Below, piece after piece: positions 22,730-34,723 of a stretch of 64,000 nucleotides of DNA. The DNA is from Flectonema sp. DT1601. Lineage: Eukaryota. The notes below the pieces were generated by a model. The model did no database searches, was not told the DNA's origin, and saw nothing but the letters and a program-made list of their open reading frames with translations. A program made the translations under genes and the position numbers. How positions within the stretch are numbered: the stretch's first letter is position 1; each line of letters opens with the position of its first letter. The stretch spans positions 124,001-188,000 of the forward strand of contig OZ025803.1 of the NCBI GenBank assembly GCA_964019425.1. The letters are read 5' to 3'.

Positions 22730-23256
22730 TTGTTTTTTTTTATCGATCGACTATGTCGATTACTTTCTATTTTCCGTCCTGGTCAGGACGCTAAACTGAT
22801 TGTTTTTTCTTTAAAAAATAAATAAAAAGAATAAAAAAAAAAAAAAAAAAAAAAAGAATAAACAATGTTATCATTGTTTTGTTATCGATCGACTTTGTCG
22901 ACTAATTTCTATTTTCCGTCCTGGTCAAGACGCTAAACTGATTGTTTTTTCTTTAAAAAATAAATAAAAAGAATAAAAAAAAAAAAAAAAAAAAAAAAAA
23001 GAATAAACAATGTTATCATTGTTTTTTTATCGATCGACTATGTCGATCACTTTCTATTTCCCGTCCTGGTCAGGACGCTAAACTGATTGTTTTTTCTTTA
23101 AAAATAAATAAAAAGAATAAAAAAAAAAAAAAAAAAAGGAATAAACAATGTTATCATTTTTTTTTTTTTTATCGATCGACTATGTCGATTACTTTCTATT
23201 TTCCGTCCTGGTCAGGACGCTAAACTGATTGTTTTTTCTTTAAAAATAATAAAAAG

Positions 23257-23290
<34 letters not shown>

Positions 23291-24482
23291 AATAAACAAT
23301 GTTATCATTGTTTTTTTATCGATCGACTATGTCGATCACTTTCTATTTTCCGTCCTGGTCAAGACGCTAAACTGATTGTTTTTTTTCAAAATTAATAAAA
23401 AAGAATACAAAAAAAAATAAAAAAAAAAGAATAAACAATGTTATCATTGTTTTTTTTATCGTTCGACTTTGTTGACTAATTTCTATTTTCCGTTATTTTT
23501 TTTTTTTTTTTTTTAAAAAATAAATAAAAAGAATTTAAAAAAAAAAAAAAAAGAATAAACAATGTTATCATTGTTTTTTTTTTTATCGATCGACTATGTC
23601 GATTACTTTCTATTTTCCGTCCTGGTCAAGACGCTAAACTGATTGTTTTTTCTTTAAAAAAAAAAAAAAGGATTAAAAAAAAAAAAAAAAGAATAAACAA
23701 TGTTATCATTGTTTTTTTTTATCGATCGACTATGTCGATCACTTTCTATTTTCCGTCCTGGTCAAGACGCTAAACTGATTGTTTTTTTTTTTTTTTTTTC
23801 AAAATTAATAAAAAAGAATATAAAAAAAAATAAAAAAAAAAGAATAAACAATGTTATCATTGTTTTTTTTTTTATCGTTCGACTTTGTTGACTAATTTCT
23901 ATTTTCCGTTTTTTTTCTTTTTAAAAAATAAATAAAAAGAATTTAAAAAAAAAAAAAAAAAAAGAGTAAACAATGTTATCATTGTTTTTTTTTATCGATC
24001 GACTATGTCGATTACTTTCTATTTTCCGTCCTGGTCAAGACGCTAAACTGATTGTTTTTTTTCAAAATTAATAAAAAAGAATATAAAAAAAAACAAAAAA
24101 AAAAAAGAATAAACAATGCTATCATTGTTTTTTTTTTATCGTTCGACTTTGTCGACTAATTTTTATTTTCCGTTTTTTTTTTTCTTTAAAAATAAATAAA
24201 AAGAATTTAAAAAAAAAAAAAAAAAAAGAAAAAACAATGTTATCATTGTTTTTTTATCGATCGACTATGTCGATCACTTTCTATTTTCCGTCCTGGTCAA
24301 GACGCTAAACTGATTGTTTTTTCTTAAAAATAATAAAACGGATTAAAAAAAAAAAAAAAAAAAAAAAAAGAATAAACAATGTTATCATTGTTTTTTATCG
24401 ATCGACTATGTCGATCACTTTCTACTTTCCGTCCTGGTCAAGACGCTAAACTGATTGTTTTTTCTTTAAAAAATAATTAAAA

Positions 24483-24517
<35 letters not shown>

Positions 24518-24769
24518 ATAAACAATGTTATCATTGTTTTTTTATCGATCGACTATGTCGATCACTTTCTATTTTCCGTCCTGGTCAAGACGCTAAACTG
24601 ATTGTTTTTTCTTTAAAATAATAAAAAGGATAAAAAAAAAAAAAAAAAAAAAAAAAGAATAAACAATGTTATCATTGTTTTTTATCGATCGACTATGTCG
24701 ATCACTTTCTACTTTCCGTCCTGGTCAAGACGCTAAACTGATTGTTTTTTCTTTAAAAAATAATTAAAA

Positions 24770-24804
<35 letters not shown>

Positions 24805-25180
24805 ATAAACAATGTTATCATTGTTTTTTTATCGATCGACTTCGTCGACTAATTTCTATTTTCCGTCCTGGTCAGGACGCTAAACTGATTGTTTTTTCTT
24901 TAAAAATAAATAAAAAGAATAAAAAAAAAAAAAAAAAAAAGGAATAAACAATGTTATCATTGTTTTTTTTTTATCGATTGACTATGTCGATTACTTTCTA
25001 TTTTCCGTCCTGGTCAAGACGCTAAACTGATTGTTTTTTCTTTAAAATAATTAAAAGGATTTAAAAAAAAAAAAAAAAAAAAAAGAATAAACAATGTTAT
25101 CATTGTTTTTTTTTCTATCGATCGACTATGTCGATTAATTTCTATTTTCCGTCCTGATCGAGACGCTAAACTGATTGTTT
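22730..25180 (+). repeat. Satellite array of XY, continuing 16850-17423
   Basis: Same unit as 4660-8215 on the opposite strand. Confidence 0.96.
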
Positions 25181-25200
25181 CCTTTTTTTAAATAATAAAT

Positions 25201-25232
<32 letters not shown>

Positions 25233-25717
25233 ATCTCCCTGCTATCCTCATATCCCCACAATAATATTATACCTTTTCATTTTCTCTTTCCTTTTCTGGT
25301 CTTTTTTTTTCTTTTTTTCCGTTTTCATACAACGTTTTTTATTTATATTTTATTTTTTTTTTTTTTTTCATGTTTGATTATTTCCTCTTCATATTTTTTT
25401 TCTATTCTTTCTTTTTTTTTTTTTTTTTTTTCTCTACCTCTCTCTTAATTCTGTTCGTTTCTTTGAAACGAAAATTCATTTGAATATTATTCCTTGGTCA
25501 GCAACCATCATTGTCGCCCTTTGGGCCTGTTAAAAAAAAAAAAAAAAAAAAAAAGAAAGTTTACATCGGGAATAGGGCAGGAGCCAAAAGCTCCCAGTCC
25601 GTTACTTCCCACTTTATCGAAATTCTTAAAAAAAGGAAACAAAGAATCAAAGAAATCTTTGTGCTTCCATCGAGTGTCAGGTAGAACAATGCATTATTTA
25701 CCAAGCGAACACAATAA

Positions 25718-25800
25718 GAATTTCGATAAAGTGGGAAGTAACGGACTGGGAGCTTTTGGCTCCTGCCCTATTCCCGATGTAAACTTTCTTTTTATTTTTT
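25718..25800 (-). mobile_element. Very short XY 3'-end copy
   Basis: GAATTTCGATAAAGTGGGAAG...GATGTAAACTTTC only. Confidence 0.8.
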
Positions 25801-25801
25801 A

Positions 25802-26009
25802 AATACTACCATACTGCACAATAAAAATAATTTCTGCTGAAACTTTCCTTCATAGCACACATATTTTCTTCACAAAAAAGACAAAAAAAATGGCTAGAAG
25901 AAAAGTATGCTTGCAGGGAAATATTCCCGCGGGGAAATATTCTCGCGGATTCAGAAAAAATAATAAAAACTCGCGGGTTTTTCCCCACAAGAATATTTCC
26001 CTTTACAGT
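25802..26009. mobile_element. Remnant of a MITE related to 16459-16759
   Basis: Ends AATATTTCCCTTTACAG-TA, resembling AATATTTCCAGTTGCAG-TA. Repeated GGGAAATATT. Left TIR not found. Confidence 0.5.
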
Positions 26010-26014
26010 AATAA

Positions 26015-26054
<40 letters not shown>

Positions 26055-26083
26055 ATTTCCCTGCTATCCTCATATCCCCACAA

Positions 26084-27473
26084 GGACTGAGTTGAATTTC
26101 CTGGTGAGATTTGGACTGTTAGCTTTTGGCTAAGGCCCTCCCTGAAGAGCAAGAACAAAAAAACTACTCACACCTGAAGAAAACATACACAAAGAACACA
26201 CTGTAAGCTGTGTGTGTATTTTATGTTTGTCACAACAGGAGAGAAAAGAAAGAATGTCAAGGTTGGTCACCTTGCCTATCAACGCACAACATTGGTGGTC
26301 TCTACTAGACCCTGAGTGATCCCACTGGATCTCTCATCGTTCATAGTACCCTGTGTGAAGTTATAAAATCAAAGGTAAACTATGAACTACAAATGACTTA
26401 GCCTGTTATTATAATGCCACAGGCAGGCCCTGCATTCAGCAACTATCCAGCAGTGCTTGGATGTCCTGATCTTCTTCTAAAAAAAAGAAAGAAAAACAAA
26501 ACTGTAGCTGGGATCACTCAGGATCAACAGACTACCAATGCTACCTGTTGTACTTGCTCACTATGGGGGGTGATGCCAAACACCCAGAAGTACTTAACTA
26601 CTTTCCTTCTTGCTGCCCAGGAGTTTCTGACCAGAACTAATAGAAAATAAAAAGTAGATGGGAAACAATAAAAAGTAAAATGGATATAACTGAAGTTAAA
26701 CAAGACAAATGAGGTAACAGACCAGAACAGAAAGAGGATTGTAATAGAAGATTACAAATAAAAAAAATGCAAGTATCAACACATAATCAAGATACACCAG
26801 CAGCTAACAAACAACATAAAATTGAAGATCAGTTGCCAGAGTATTTCAACCATGGTAGAATACTCGCCCCTCTGGCAGGGATTATCCCAGACTTGTCCTT
26901 TAATCTAGTTGGACACCATGGCTTACAACCCTTCCAGAGGGAAGCACCATTATGACTTCTATTTTTTTTCTTCAAGAAAATCATAAGGTGGGAACAAAGA
27001 AAAATGCTAAGAGGAACCCCCTATTTACACCTAAGACATCTAAACTGCAGCCCAGCCTATGCCCAATGCACTAACAGGTCATTCCCTCACACTCAGATCA
27101 AAAAAATCAAAGTTCAGAGTGCATCTTAGCGTGAATGAGAGAATTTCCTCCCGCTTATTTTGAACAAAAGGGATAGGAGAAGGGATAGAAAACGAACATA
27201 AAAATAAAATTCTAAGTGAGAAACACTTAGCAGAAACACTTAGCAGCTTTTAAGGAGCTGAAAAGCAAAAAAAAAATCTAAGTGAGAAACACTTAGTAGA
27301 AACAATTTGTAGCTAATTAAGCTGAAAATAAAAAAATAAAAAAAATTCTAAGTGAGAAATACTTAGCAACTTTTAGAACAAATATTTCAGTAAATAACCT
27401 GTAATGATTAAACCATTACAAGTTTGATGCCAAAACTGACAAGGACTGAGTTGAATTTCCAGGTGAGATTTGG
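26084..27473 (-). mobile_element. Element W monomer with ~30-bp terminal redundancy
   Basis: GGACTGAGTTGAATTTCC(T/A)GGTGAGATTTGG at both ends. Inserted in CCCCACAA^TAATATT with no TSD. Confidence 0.9.
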
Positions 27474-27879
27474 AATATTATACCTTTTCATTTTCTCTTT
27501 CCTTTTCTGGTCTTTTTTTTTTTTTTTTTCTTTTTTTTCCTTTTTCATACAACGTTTTTTATTTATATATATATTTTTTTTTTTTTTTTTTTTTTTCATG
27601 TTTGATTATTTCCTCTTCATATTTTTTTTTTTCTTTTCTTTCTTTTTTTTTTTTTTTCTCTGCCTCTCTCTTAATTCTGTTCGTTTCTTTGAAACGAAAA
27701 TTCATTTGAATATTATTCCTTGGTCAGCAACCATCATTGTCGCCCTTTGGGCCTGTTAAAAAAAAAAAGGGAAAACCCCTAATTCCACAAAAATAGTTTG
27801 CGAAATCGCCAACTCATCACAAAAATTTTAACCGCTCGAAACAACCCAACATGACGGGAAAATTTTCAGAATTTTTTGA

Positions 27880-27951
27880 GCTCCGGTGGTCTACTGGTTA
27901 TGACCGCCGAATCATGACCCGGAGGTCTCGGGTTCGAACCCCGTGACATCC
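27880..27951 (+). other. tRNA-like sequence in Z copy 2
   Basis: Same sequence as 15727-15798, followed by a T-run. Confidence 0.65.
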
Positions 27952-28275
27952 TTTTTTCTCTTTTTCGTAATGACGGAAAATGAGACCAAAACATAGTCAA
28001 AGGGCGGATTGATCACCCACTGGTCGAGTTGAGACATATTCCCGTTGCAATAAATCACCAAGACCCCTCCCGTGTGATCGATCACTTTAAAATGTTACTG
28101 TGCAGTTCACCAGTGAGACTAAGACCTGCAACCAAAATTCACCAGACTTCAAGTTCCAAATTACGTAATTTTTGTCAGGCATATTCGAACCATCGACAAC
28201 AGAAATTCTCACGTTAGTAAAAGCCTTTAGAAATGTGGCTTAACGATCCTCATCATCGATTTAGGTTCGTGACTC

Positions 28276-29960
28276 TATTATAATAACAGGCTAAGTCATT
28301 TGTAGTTCATAGTTTACCTTTGATTTTATAACTTCACACAGGGTACTATGAACGATGAGAGATCCAGTGGGATCACTCAGGGTCTAGTAGAGACCACCAA
28401 TGTTGTGCGTTGATAGGCAAGGTGACCAACCTTGACATTCTTTCTTTTCTCTCCTGTTGTGACAAACACAAAATACACACACAGCTTACAGTGTGTTCTT
28501 TGTGTATGTTTTCTTCAGGTGTGAGTAGTTTTTTTGTTCTTGCTCTTCAGGGAGGGCCTTAGCCAAAAGCTAACAGTCCAAATCTCACCTGGAAATTCAA
28601 CTCAGTCCTTGTCAGTTTTGGCATCAAACTTGTAATAGTTTAATCATTACAGGTTATTTACTGAAATATTTGTTCTAAAAGTTGCTAAGTATTTCTCACT
28701 TAGAAATTTTTTATTTTTTTATTTTCAGCTTAATTAGCTACAAATTGTTTCTACTAAGTGTTTCTCACTTAGATTTTTTTTTTGCTTTTCAGCTCCTTAA
28801 AAGCTGCTAAGTGTTTCTGCTAAGTGTTTCTCACTTAGAATTTTATTTTTATGTTCGTTTTCTATCCCTTCTCCTATCCCTTTTGTTCAAAATAAGCGGG
28901 AGGAAATTCTCTCATTCACGCTAAGATGCACTCTGAACTTTGATTTTTTGATCTGAGTGTGAGGGAATGACCTGTTAGTGCATTGGGCATAGGCTGGGCT
29001 GCAGTTTAGATGTCTTAGGTGTTAATAGGGGGTTCCTCTTAGCATTTTTCTTTGTTCCCACCTTATGATTTTCTTGAAGAAAAAAAATAGAAGTCATAAT
29101 GGTGCTTCCCTCTGGAAGGGTTGTAAGCCATGGTGTCCAACTAGATTAAAGGACAAGTCTGGGATAATCCCTGCCAGAGGGGCGAGTATTCTACCATGGT
29201 TGAAATACTCTGGCAACTGATCTTCAATTTTATGTTGTTTGTTAGCTGCTGGTGTATCTTGATTATGTGTTGATACTTGCATTTTTTTTATTTGTAATCT
29301 TCTATTACAATCCTCTTTCTGTTCTGGTCTGTTACCTCATTTGTCTTGTTTAACTTCAGTTATATCCATTTTACTTTTTATTGTTTCCCATCTACTTTTT
29401 ATTTTCTATTAGTTCTGGTCAGAAACTCCTGGGCAGCAAGAAGGAAAGTAGTTAAGTACTTCTGGGTGTTTGGCATCACCCCCCATAGTGAGCAAGTACA
29501 ACAGGTAGCATTGGTAGTCTGTTGATCCTGAGTGATCCCAGCTACAGTTTTGTTTTTCTTTCTTTTTTTTAGAAGAAGATCAGGACATCCAAGCACTGCT
29601 GGATAGTTGCTGAATGCAGGGCCTGCCTGTGGCATTATAATAACAGGCTAAGTCATTTGTAGTTCATAGTTTACCTTTGATTTTATAACTTCACACAGGG
29701 TACTATGAACGATGAGAGATCCAGTGGGATCACTCAGGGTCTAGTAGAGACCACCAATGTTGTGCGTTGATAGGCAAGGTGACCAACCTTGACATTCTTT
29801 CTTTTCTCTCCTGTTGTGACAAACACAAAATACACACACAGCTTACAGTGTGTTCTTTGTGTATGTTTTCTTCAGGTGTGAGTAGTTTTTTTGTTCTTGC
29901 TCTTCAGGGAGGGCCTTAGCCAAAAGCTAACAGTCCAAATCTCACCTGGAAATTCAACTC
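28276..29960 (+). mobile_element. Element W, ~1.25-mer partial tandem
   Basis: Same right end (GGAAATTCAACTC) as 13168 but a different left end; the first ~330 bp repeat at the right end. Confidence 0.9.
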
Positions 29961-29985
29961 GAAGCCTTCGTCATGTGGCCCTCCT

Positions 29986-30352
29986 CCCAGCCAAACTCCC
30001 AACATGACTGGTGTCTCCAAACGAGGGGTCACGAGCCGATGCCCGTTTGTCGCCGGAATCAGAAAAGCCACGAGTCCGAAAGGACCCTAACCTCCGAAGA
30101 GGCAGCTGCCGTTCCCCCATCATTGGATAAGTAAAGCGACGATAAGAGTAGTGGTATTTCATTGTTGGTAAACCTCCCACCTATAACTACACCCCCTATG
30201 TCACTGCACAAAGTCAGACTAGAGTCAAACTCAACAGGGTCTTCTTTCCCCGCTGACAGTTTCAAGTCCGTTCCCTTGACTGCTGTTCGCCAGATAGTAG
30301 GTAGGGGCAGAAGGAATCTCATTGGTCCATTCATGCGCGTCTTTAATTAGAA

Positions 30353-30384
<32 letters not shown>
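29986..30384 (-). rRNA. Captured 28S rRNA fragment (Z copy 2)
   Basis: Reverse complement of 14981-15377 with few differences. Confidence 0.95.
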
Positions 30385-30726
30385 CAGTTGCAAATTTGTT
30401 TTTTCAGGTTGGACTTTGTACGGGACAGGCGGGCTTTTATTAGGGCTCCCCGCCAAGAATTTGGCGGACGCAAGCCCCCCTTGCACTCTTCCCAGCTTAG
30501 TAGGCTAAAAAACAAAAAACCCGCCGCAAGCCAAATTTTTGGGTCAAGTTCGAGTCCTGGTGGACAACTTTTTTTTGTAGGGAGTTGGCGATTTCGCAAA
30601 CTATTTTTGTTGAATTAGAGGTTTTCCCAAAAAAAAAAAAAAAAAGAAAGTTTACATCGGGAATAGCAGGAGCCAAAAGCTCCCAGTCCGTTACTTCCCA
30701 CTTTATCGAAAAAAAAAAAAAAAAAA

Positions 30727-31570
30727 TGAGATTTGGACTGTTAGCTTTTGGCTAAGGCCCTCCCTGAAGAGCAAGAACAAAAAAACTACTCACACCTGAA
30801 GAAAACATACACAAAGAACACACTGTAAGCTGTGTGTGTATTTTATGTTTGTCACAACAGGAGAGAAAAGAAAGAATGTCAAGGTTGGTCACCTTGCCTA
30901 TCAACGCACAACATTGGTGGTCTCTACTAGACCCTGAGTGATCCCACTGGATCTCTCATCGTTCATAGTACCCTGTGTGAAGTTATAAAATCAAAGGTAA
31001 ACTATGAACTACAAATGACTTAGCCTGTTATTATAATGCCACAGGCAGGCCCTGCATTCAGCAACTATCCAGCAGTGCTTGGATGTCCTGATCTTCTTCT
31101 AAAAAAAAGAAAGAAAAACAAAACTGTAGCTGGGATCACTCAGGATCAACAGACTACCAATGCTACCTGTTATACTTGCTCACTATGGGGGGTGATGCCA
31201 AACACCCAGAAGTACTTAACTACTTTCCTTCTTGCTGCCCAGGAGTTTCTGACCAGAACTAATAGAAAATAAAAAGTAGATGGGAAACAATAAAAAGTAA
31301 AATGGATATAACTGAAGTTAAACAAGACAAATGAAGTAACAGACCAGAACAGATAGAGAATAAAAAGAAAAGATATAGGTAAGAGTTATTGTAGTAAAAG
31401 ATAACAAATAAACAAACACAAGCATCAACACATGATCAAGATACACCAGCAGCTAACAAACAACATAAAATTGAAGATCAGTTGCCAGAGTATTTCAACC
31501 ATGGTAGAATACTCGCCCCTCTGGCAGGGATTATCCCAGACTTGTCCTTTAATTTAGTTGGACACCATGG
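30727..31570 (-). mobile_element. Truncated or variant element W
   Basis: Matches 26105-26921; the hairpin end is at the left. Confidence 0.85.
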
Positions 31571-32246
31571 ATCAGTAGTACCTGTGCTAGTAGCAGTACT
31601 TCCAGCACTCCCAGTGACGTGTAGCAATTAAGAACTTCAGCAAAATCAATGATTTTCATAAAAAGAAAGCACATCATTGTATTATCAGTACTGCCTATTA
31701 AGCACCCATCACTACCATTCTCCTTATACTACAGGTAAGCTCTTAGGGAAAATATGGAATTTTGAAACTAGTGGTGAGTAAAATCACTTCCCAGACACGG
31801 AATTGCATTTTTTGAGTATAAAATATCTTGTGAAAAGTGGTTGGATTCACACTTAGGGACTGTCAGATACCCGTGGCCCAAAATTGTACCCTACTTTTGG
31901 CACGTTCTCATATAACGTTTAATTAATTTTAATTTTTTTTTTTGCATTTAACAAGTATTGTAAGAACGAAAAAGAATGTTGGCAGCACACGTAAACCTCC
32001 TTTAGCTTTATCAGTTTAAGTCGGTTCACGGTTTCGTGCACAAACAAAAAATCACAGTGTTATATCATTATTTTCTGTATAGTTGAAGTTAAAGCCAATT
32101 CTTTTTTTTTTTTTTTTCATGTTTCATACTTGTACCCCTTTAAAGGGGAATTAAAAATTAAAGCGGAAATAAAGGGCTTTTAATATTAAAGGGCTTTTAA
32201 TTAATTCCCCTTTATTTTCCAATTTAATGAAATAAAGGGGAATTAG

Positions 32247-32936
32247 GTTGAGTTGCCAGGTGAGATTTGGACTGTTAGCTTTTGGCTAAGGCCCTCCTTG
32301 AAGAGCAAGAACAAAAAAACTACTCACACCTGAAGAAAACATACACAAAGAACACACTGTAAGCTGTGTGTGTATTTTGTGTTTGTCACAACAGGAGAGA
32401 AAAGAAAGAATGTAAAAGAGATACCAAGACACTTAAGATACCAGCAAGGACAGTGAGAGGTAGAATGAACTCTCCTCCTTGTGTCCGATCCTGTTTATTT
32501 TATGTTGAATTGGTAGTGTTACCTCAGTTTGCTACTCTCGTATCTGTGTTGTGTTAACTCATGTAAGTGTTCTTAACTCCTGTTAAAAAAAAAAAAAAAA
32601 AGAAATTAAAAAAGAAGAATTTTCAAACGAAGTTATAACAACCCCTGCCACCCATTATGATCAATTCCGCTTGTTTTTTTTTTTTTTTTCTTCAAAAAAA
32701 AAAAAAAATAAAAAATTATAAAAGATTAAACAATGTTATCATTGTTTTTTTTATCGATCGACTATGTCGATTACTTCCTATTTTCCGTCCTGGTCAAGAC
32801 GCTAAACCGATTGTTTTTTTTTTTTTAAAATTAATAAAAAGAATATAAAAAAAAAAAAAAAAGGAATAAACGATGTTATCACTGTTTTTTTTTATCGATC
32901 GACTATGTCGTTCACTTACTATTTTCCGTCCTGGTC
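32247..32936. mobile_element. W end fragment (-) joined to a diverged XY fragment (+) with two satellite units
   Basis: 32247-32412 matches the W end. 32413-32936 has GAGATACC, GAAGTTATAACAACCCC and array units. Confidence 0.75.
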
Positions 32937-34723
32937 TCTGTTTTTGGAGGTTGATGTACCTGTCCTCCTTCAGCTTCTTTGAAATCTCAAACCTGTCCTC
33001 ATTAGGACAGGTCAGCTCCAGGATTACGGCTCGTTTGGCACTGAGAGAATATAAAAATATATCCGGTCTTAAACTGGTTGCTACATGAGTGACCTCGGTT
33101 GGCATAATCAGATGCTTCTCTCCCAAGTCATCAAGCATCACCCAGTCTTTAGCAAGAGCTAATTCCCCGCTGTCTTGCTGTGGCCTTTTCTTCCTGGTTT
33201 CAAAAAAGTCTTTGATGGTGGAGGTAAGTACAACTTCCTCTGGTTGTACTTTTCTAGTAACTCTTCCAAGAAGAGTATAATTCTCTTGAGGACACTGACT
33301 CTGAGACAGCAGCGTAAGACACCTGGGTCATGGCTGGCGGATTTCCCTACTTCACAGCCCTTAAGCCATGACCGGGTACGTCTAGGGAAGAGATCGGTCC
33401 GCTCCTCATCGCGGCATGCGCGTGTAGAGGAAGGACGGGGGCTGTCACCACAATGTGACAAAGCAGACACCGCCACCGAAGAAGCAGCCACCACCGATCC
33501 CTATGTGTGACTTGTGCGGCCAAAACAGCCACAATAAACACAACAAAACAGGGTTGCACCTTTGCTTCTTTGTTTCTTTCTCGCCGCTCGCCGTCAAGCA
33601 CACATTGGGATAGATTTGATGGGTATGCTGGATGAATCGGTATCTGCCACAATGTGGAATGGAGGGCCAAAGCCAAAAGCTTGCCCAGATCCACCTGAAC
33701 CCAACACCACAAAACACAACAACCCGAAACTGAAGATGCTGTTAGCCGCTGATGTTGCAATTCCTGGGCATATGTAAGACCTGTTCCTTTGCGTTCTGTT
33801 GCTGCTCGATATAGCTGCTGCTTTGTTGCAGTTTTTTTATTTTATAATTAAGTTGCTTCTTTTTTGCGTCTCACTTGCGTCCTGGTCATGACTCTAAACT
33901 GACCAAGCTTCTCATTTTCTTGACAGAACAGGAACCCCTCTCTCGATACACATAAAACATGTCAGCGATGAGTTTCCGAGTGGACCGATGAGGCGCACTT
34001 GTCCTTCTGGATCAGATGCCGCCTAAGCGTGGCTCGTTCTGAGACAGCAGCGTAAGACACCTGGGTCATGGCTGGCAGATTTTCCACTTCACAGCCCTTA
34101 AGCCATGACCGGGTACGTCTAGGGAAGAGATCGGCCCGCTCCTCATCGCGGCACGCGCGTGTAGAGGAAGGACGGGGGCTGTCACTACAATGTGACAAAG
34201 CAGACACCGCCACCGAAGAAGCAGCCACCACCGATCCCTATGTGTGACTTGTGCGGCCAAAACAGCCACAATAAACATAACAAAACAGGTTTGCACCTTT
34301 GCCTCTTTGTTTCTTTCTCGCCGCTCGCCGTCAAGCACACATTGGGATAGATTTGATGGGTATGCTGGATGAATCGGTATCTGCCACAATGTGGAATGGA
34401 GGGCCAAAGCCAAAAGCTTGCCCAGATCCACCTGAACCCCACACTCTCCAAGTACAACGTCCCTGGTTGAGTGCAACAGGGCATCCGGTCAGAACATGCC
34501 TCAAGGTGGGGTTTACCCTTCCGCAGAGCACGCATAACTGGTCTGCATTTGAGATACCCCATCTCTTTAAATTGTCCTGACTGGGGAGAGTGTTTACTGT
34601 TGCTCTTAACTGAAATGATATGTAGCTTGGGTCGCCTTCACGGAGTATTTTATTCCATGTCAGGTCATTAATCATGCAGTCATTCCATTTCTTCCACTCC
34701 CCTTGCATCTGCAGTCTATCCAA
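32937..34723 (-). pseudogene. Fragment of an RLE-type non-LTR retrotransposon ORF (HERO/R4/NeSL-like), split by element V
   Basis: TLPSQDNLKRW, CCHC CVLCGRVNPTLRHVLTGC, GRCTWR|SVLKRI and the restriction-like endonuclease motif TSLRPDIFLYS...ILELTCPNE...KEDRY. Confidence 0.88.
33300..34445 (+). mobile_element. Element V, 1.5-mer partial tandem (unit ~738 bp)
   Basis: 33300-33707 is repeated at 34038-34445. Each repeat ends with GGGCCAAAGCCAAAAGCTTGCCC plus ~20 nt. Interrupts the RLE ORF. Confidence 0.85.

Larger units (their letters stand above)
9648..25625 (+). mobile_element. Remainder of the + strand XY unit, hosting MULE-A, a MITE and MULE-B
   Basis: 9648-9835, 16074-16458, 16760-17423 and 22730-25625 join into the reverse complement of 4210-8820. 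Ends TATCGAAATTC at 25625. Confidence 0.85.
27769..30628 (-). mobile_element. Second copy of TIR element Z, interrupted by W
   Basis: Reverse complement of 14701-15909 with 28276-29960 inserted; poly-A flanks. Confidence 0.92.
26012..30710 (+). mobile_element. 5'-truncated XY 3' region hosting W and Z insertions
   Basis: 26012-26083, 27474-27768 and 30629-30710 join into the XY 3' region. Confidence 0.85.

Noticed and set aside
19337..25625. Single foldback element with long TIRs
   Set aside because: The two inverted ends belong to different XY copies; the MULE-B TIRs and TSD show the left one is nested inside MULE-B
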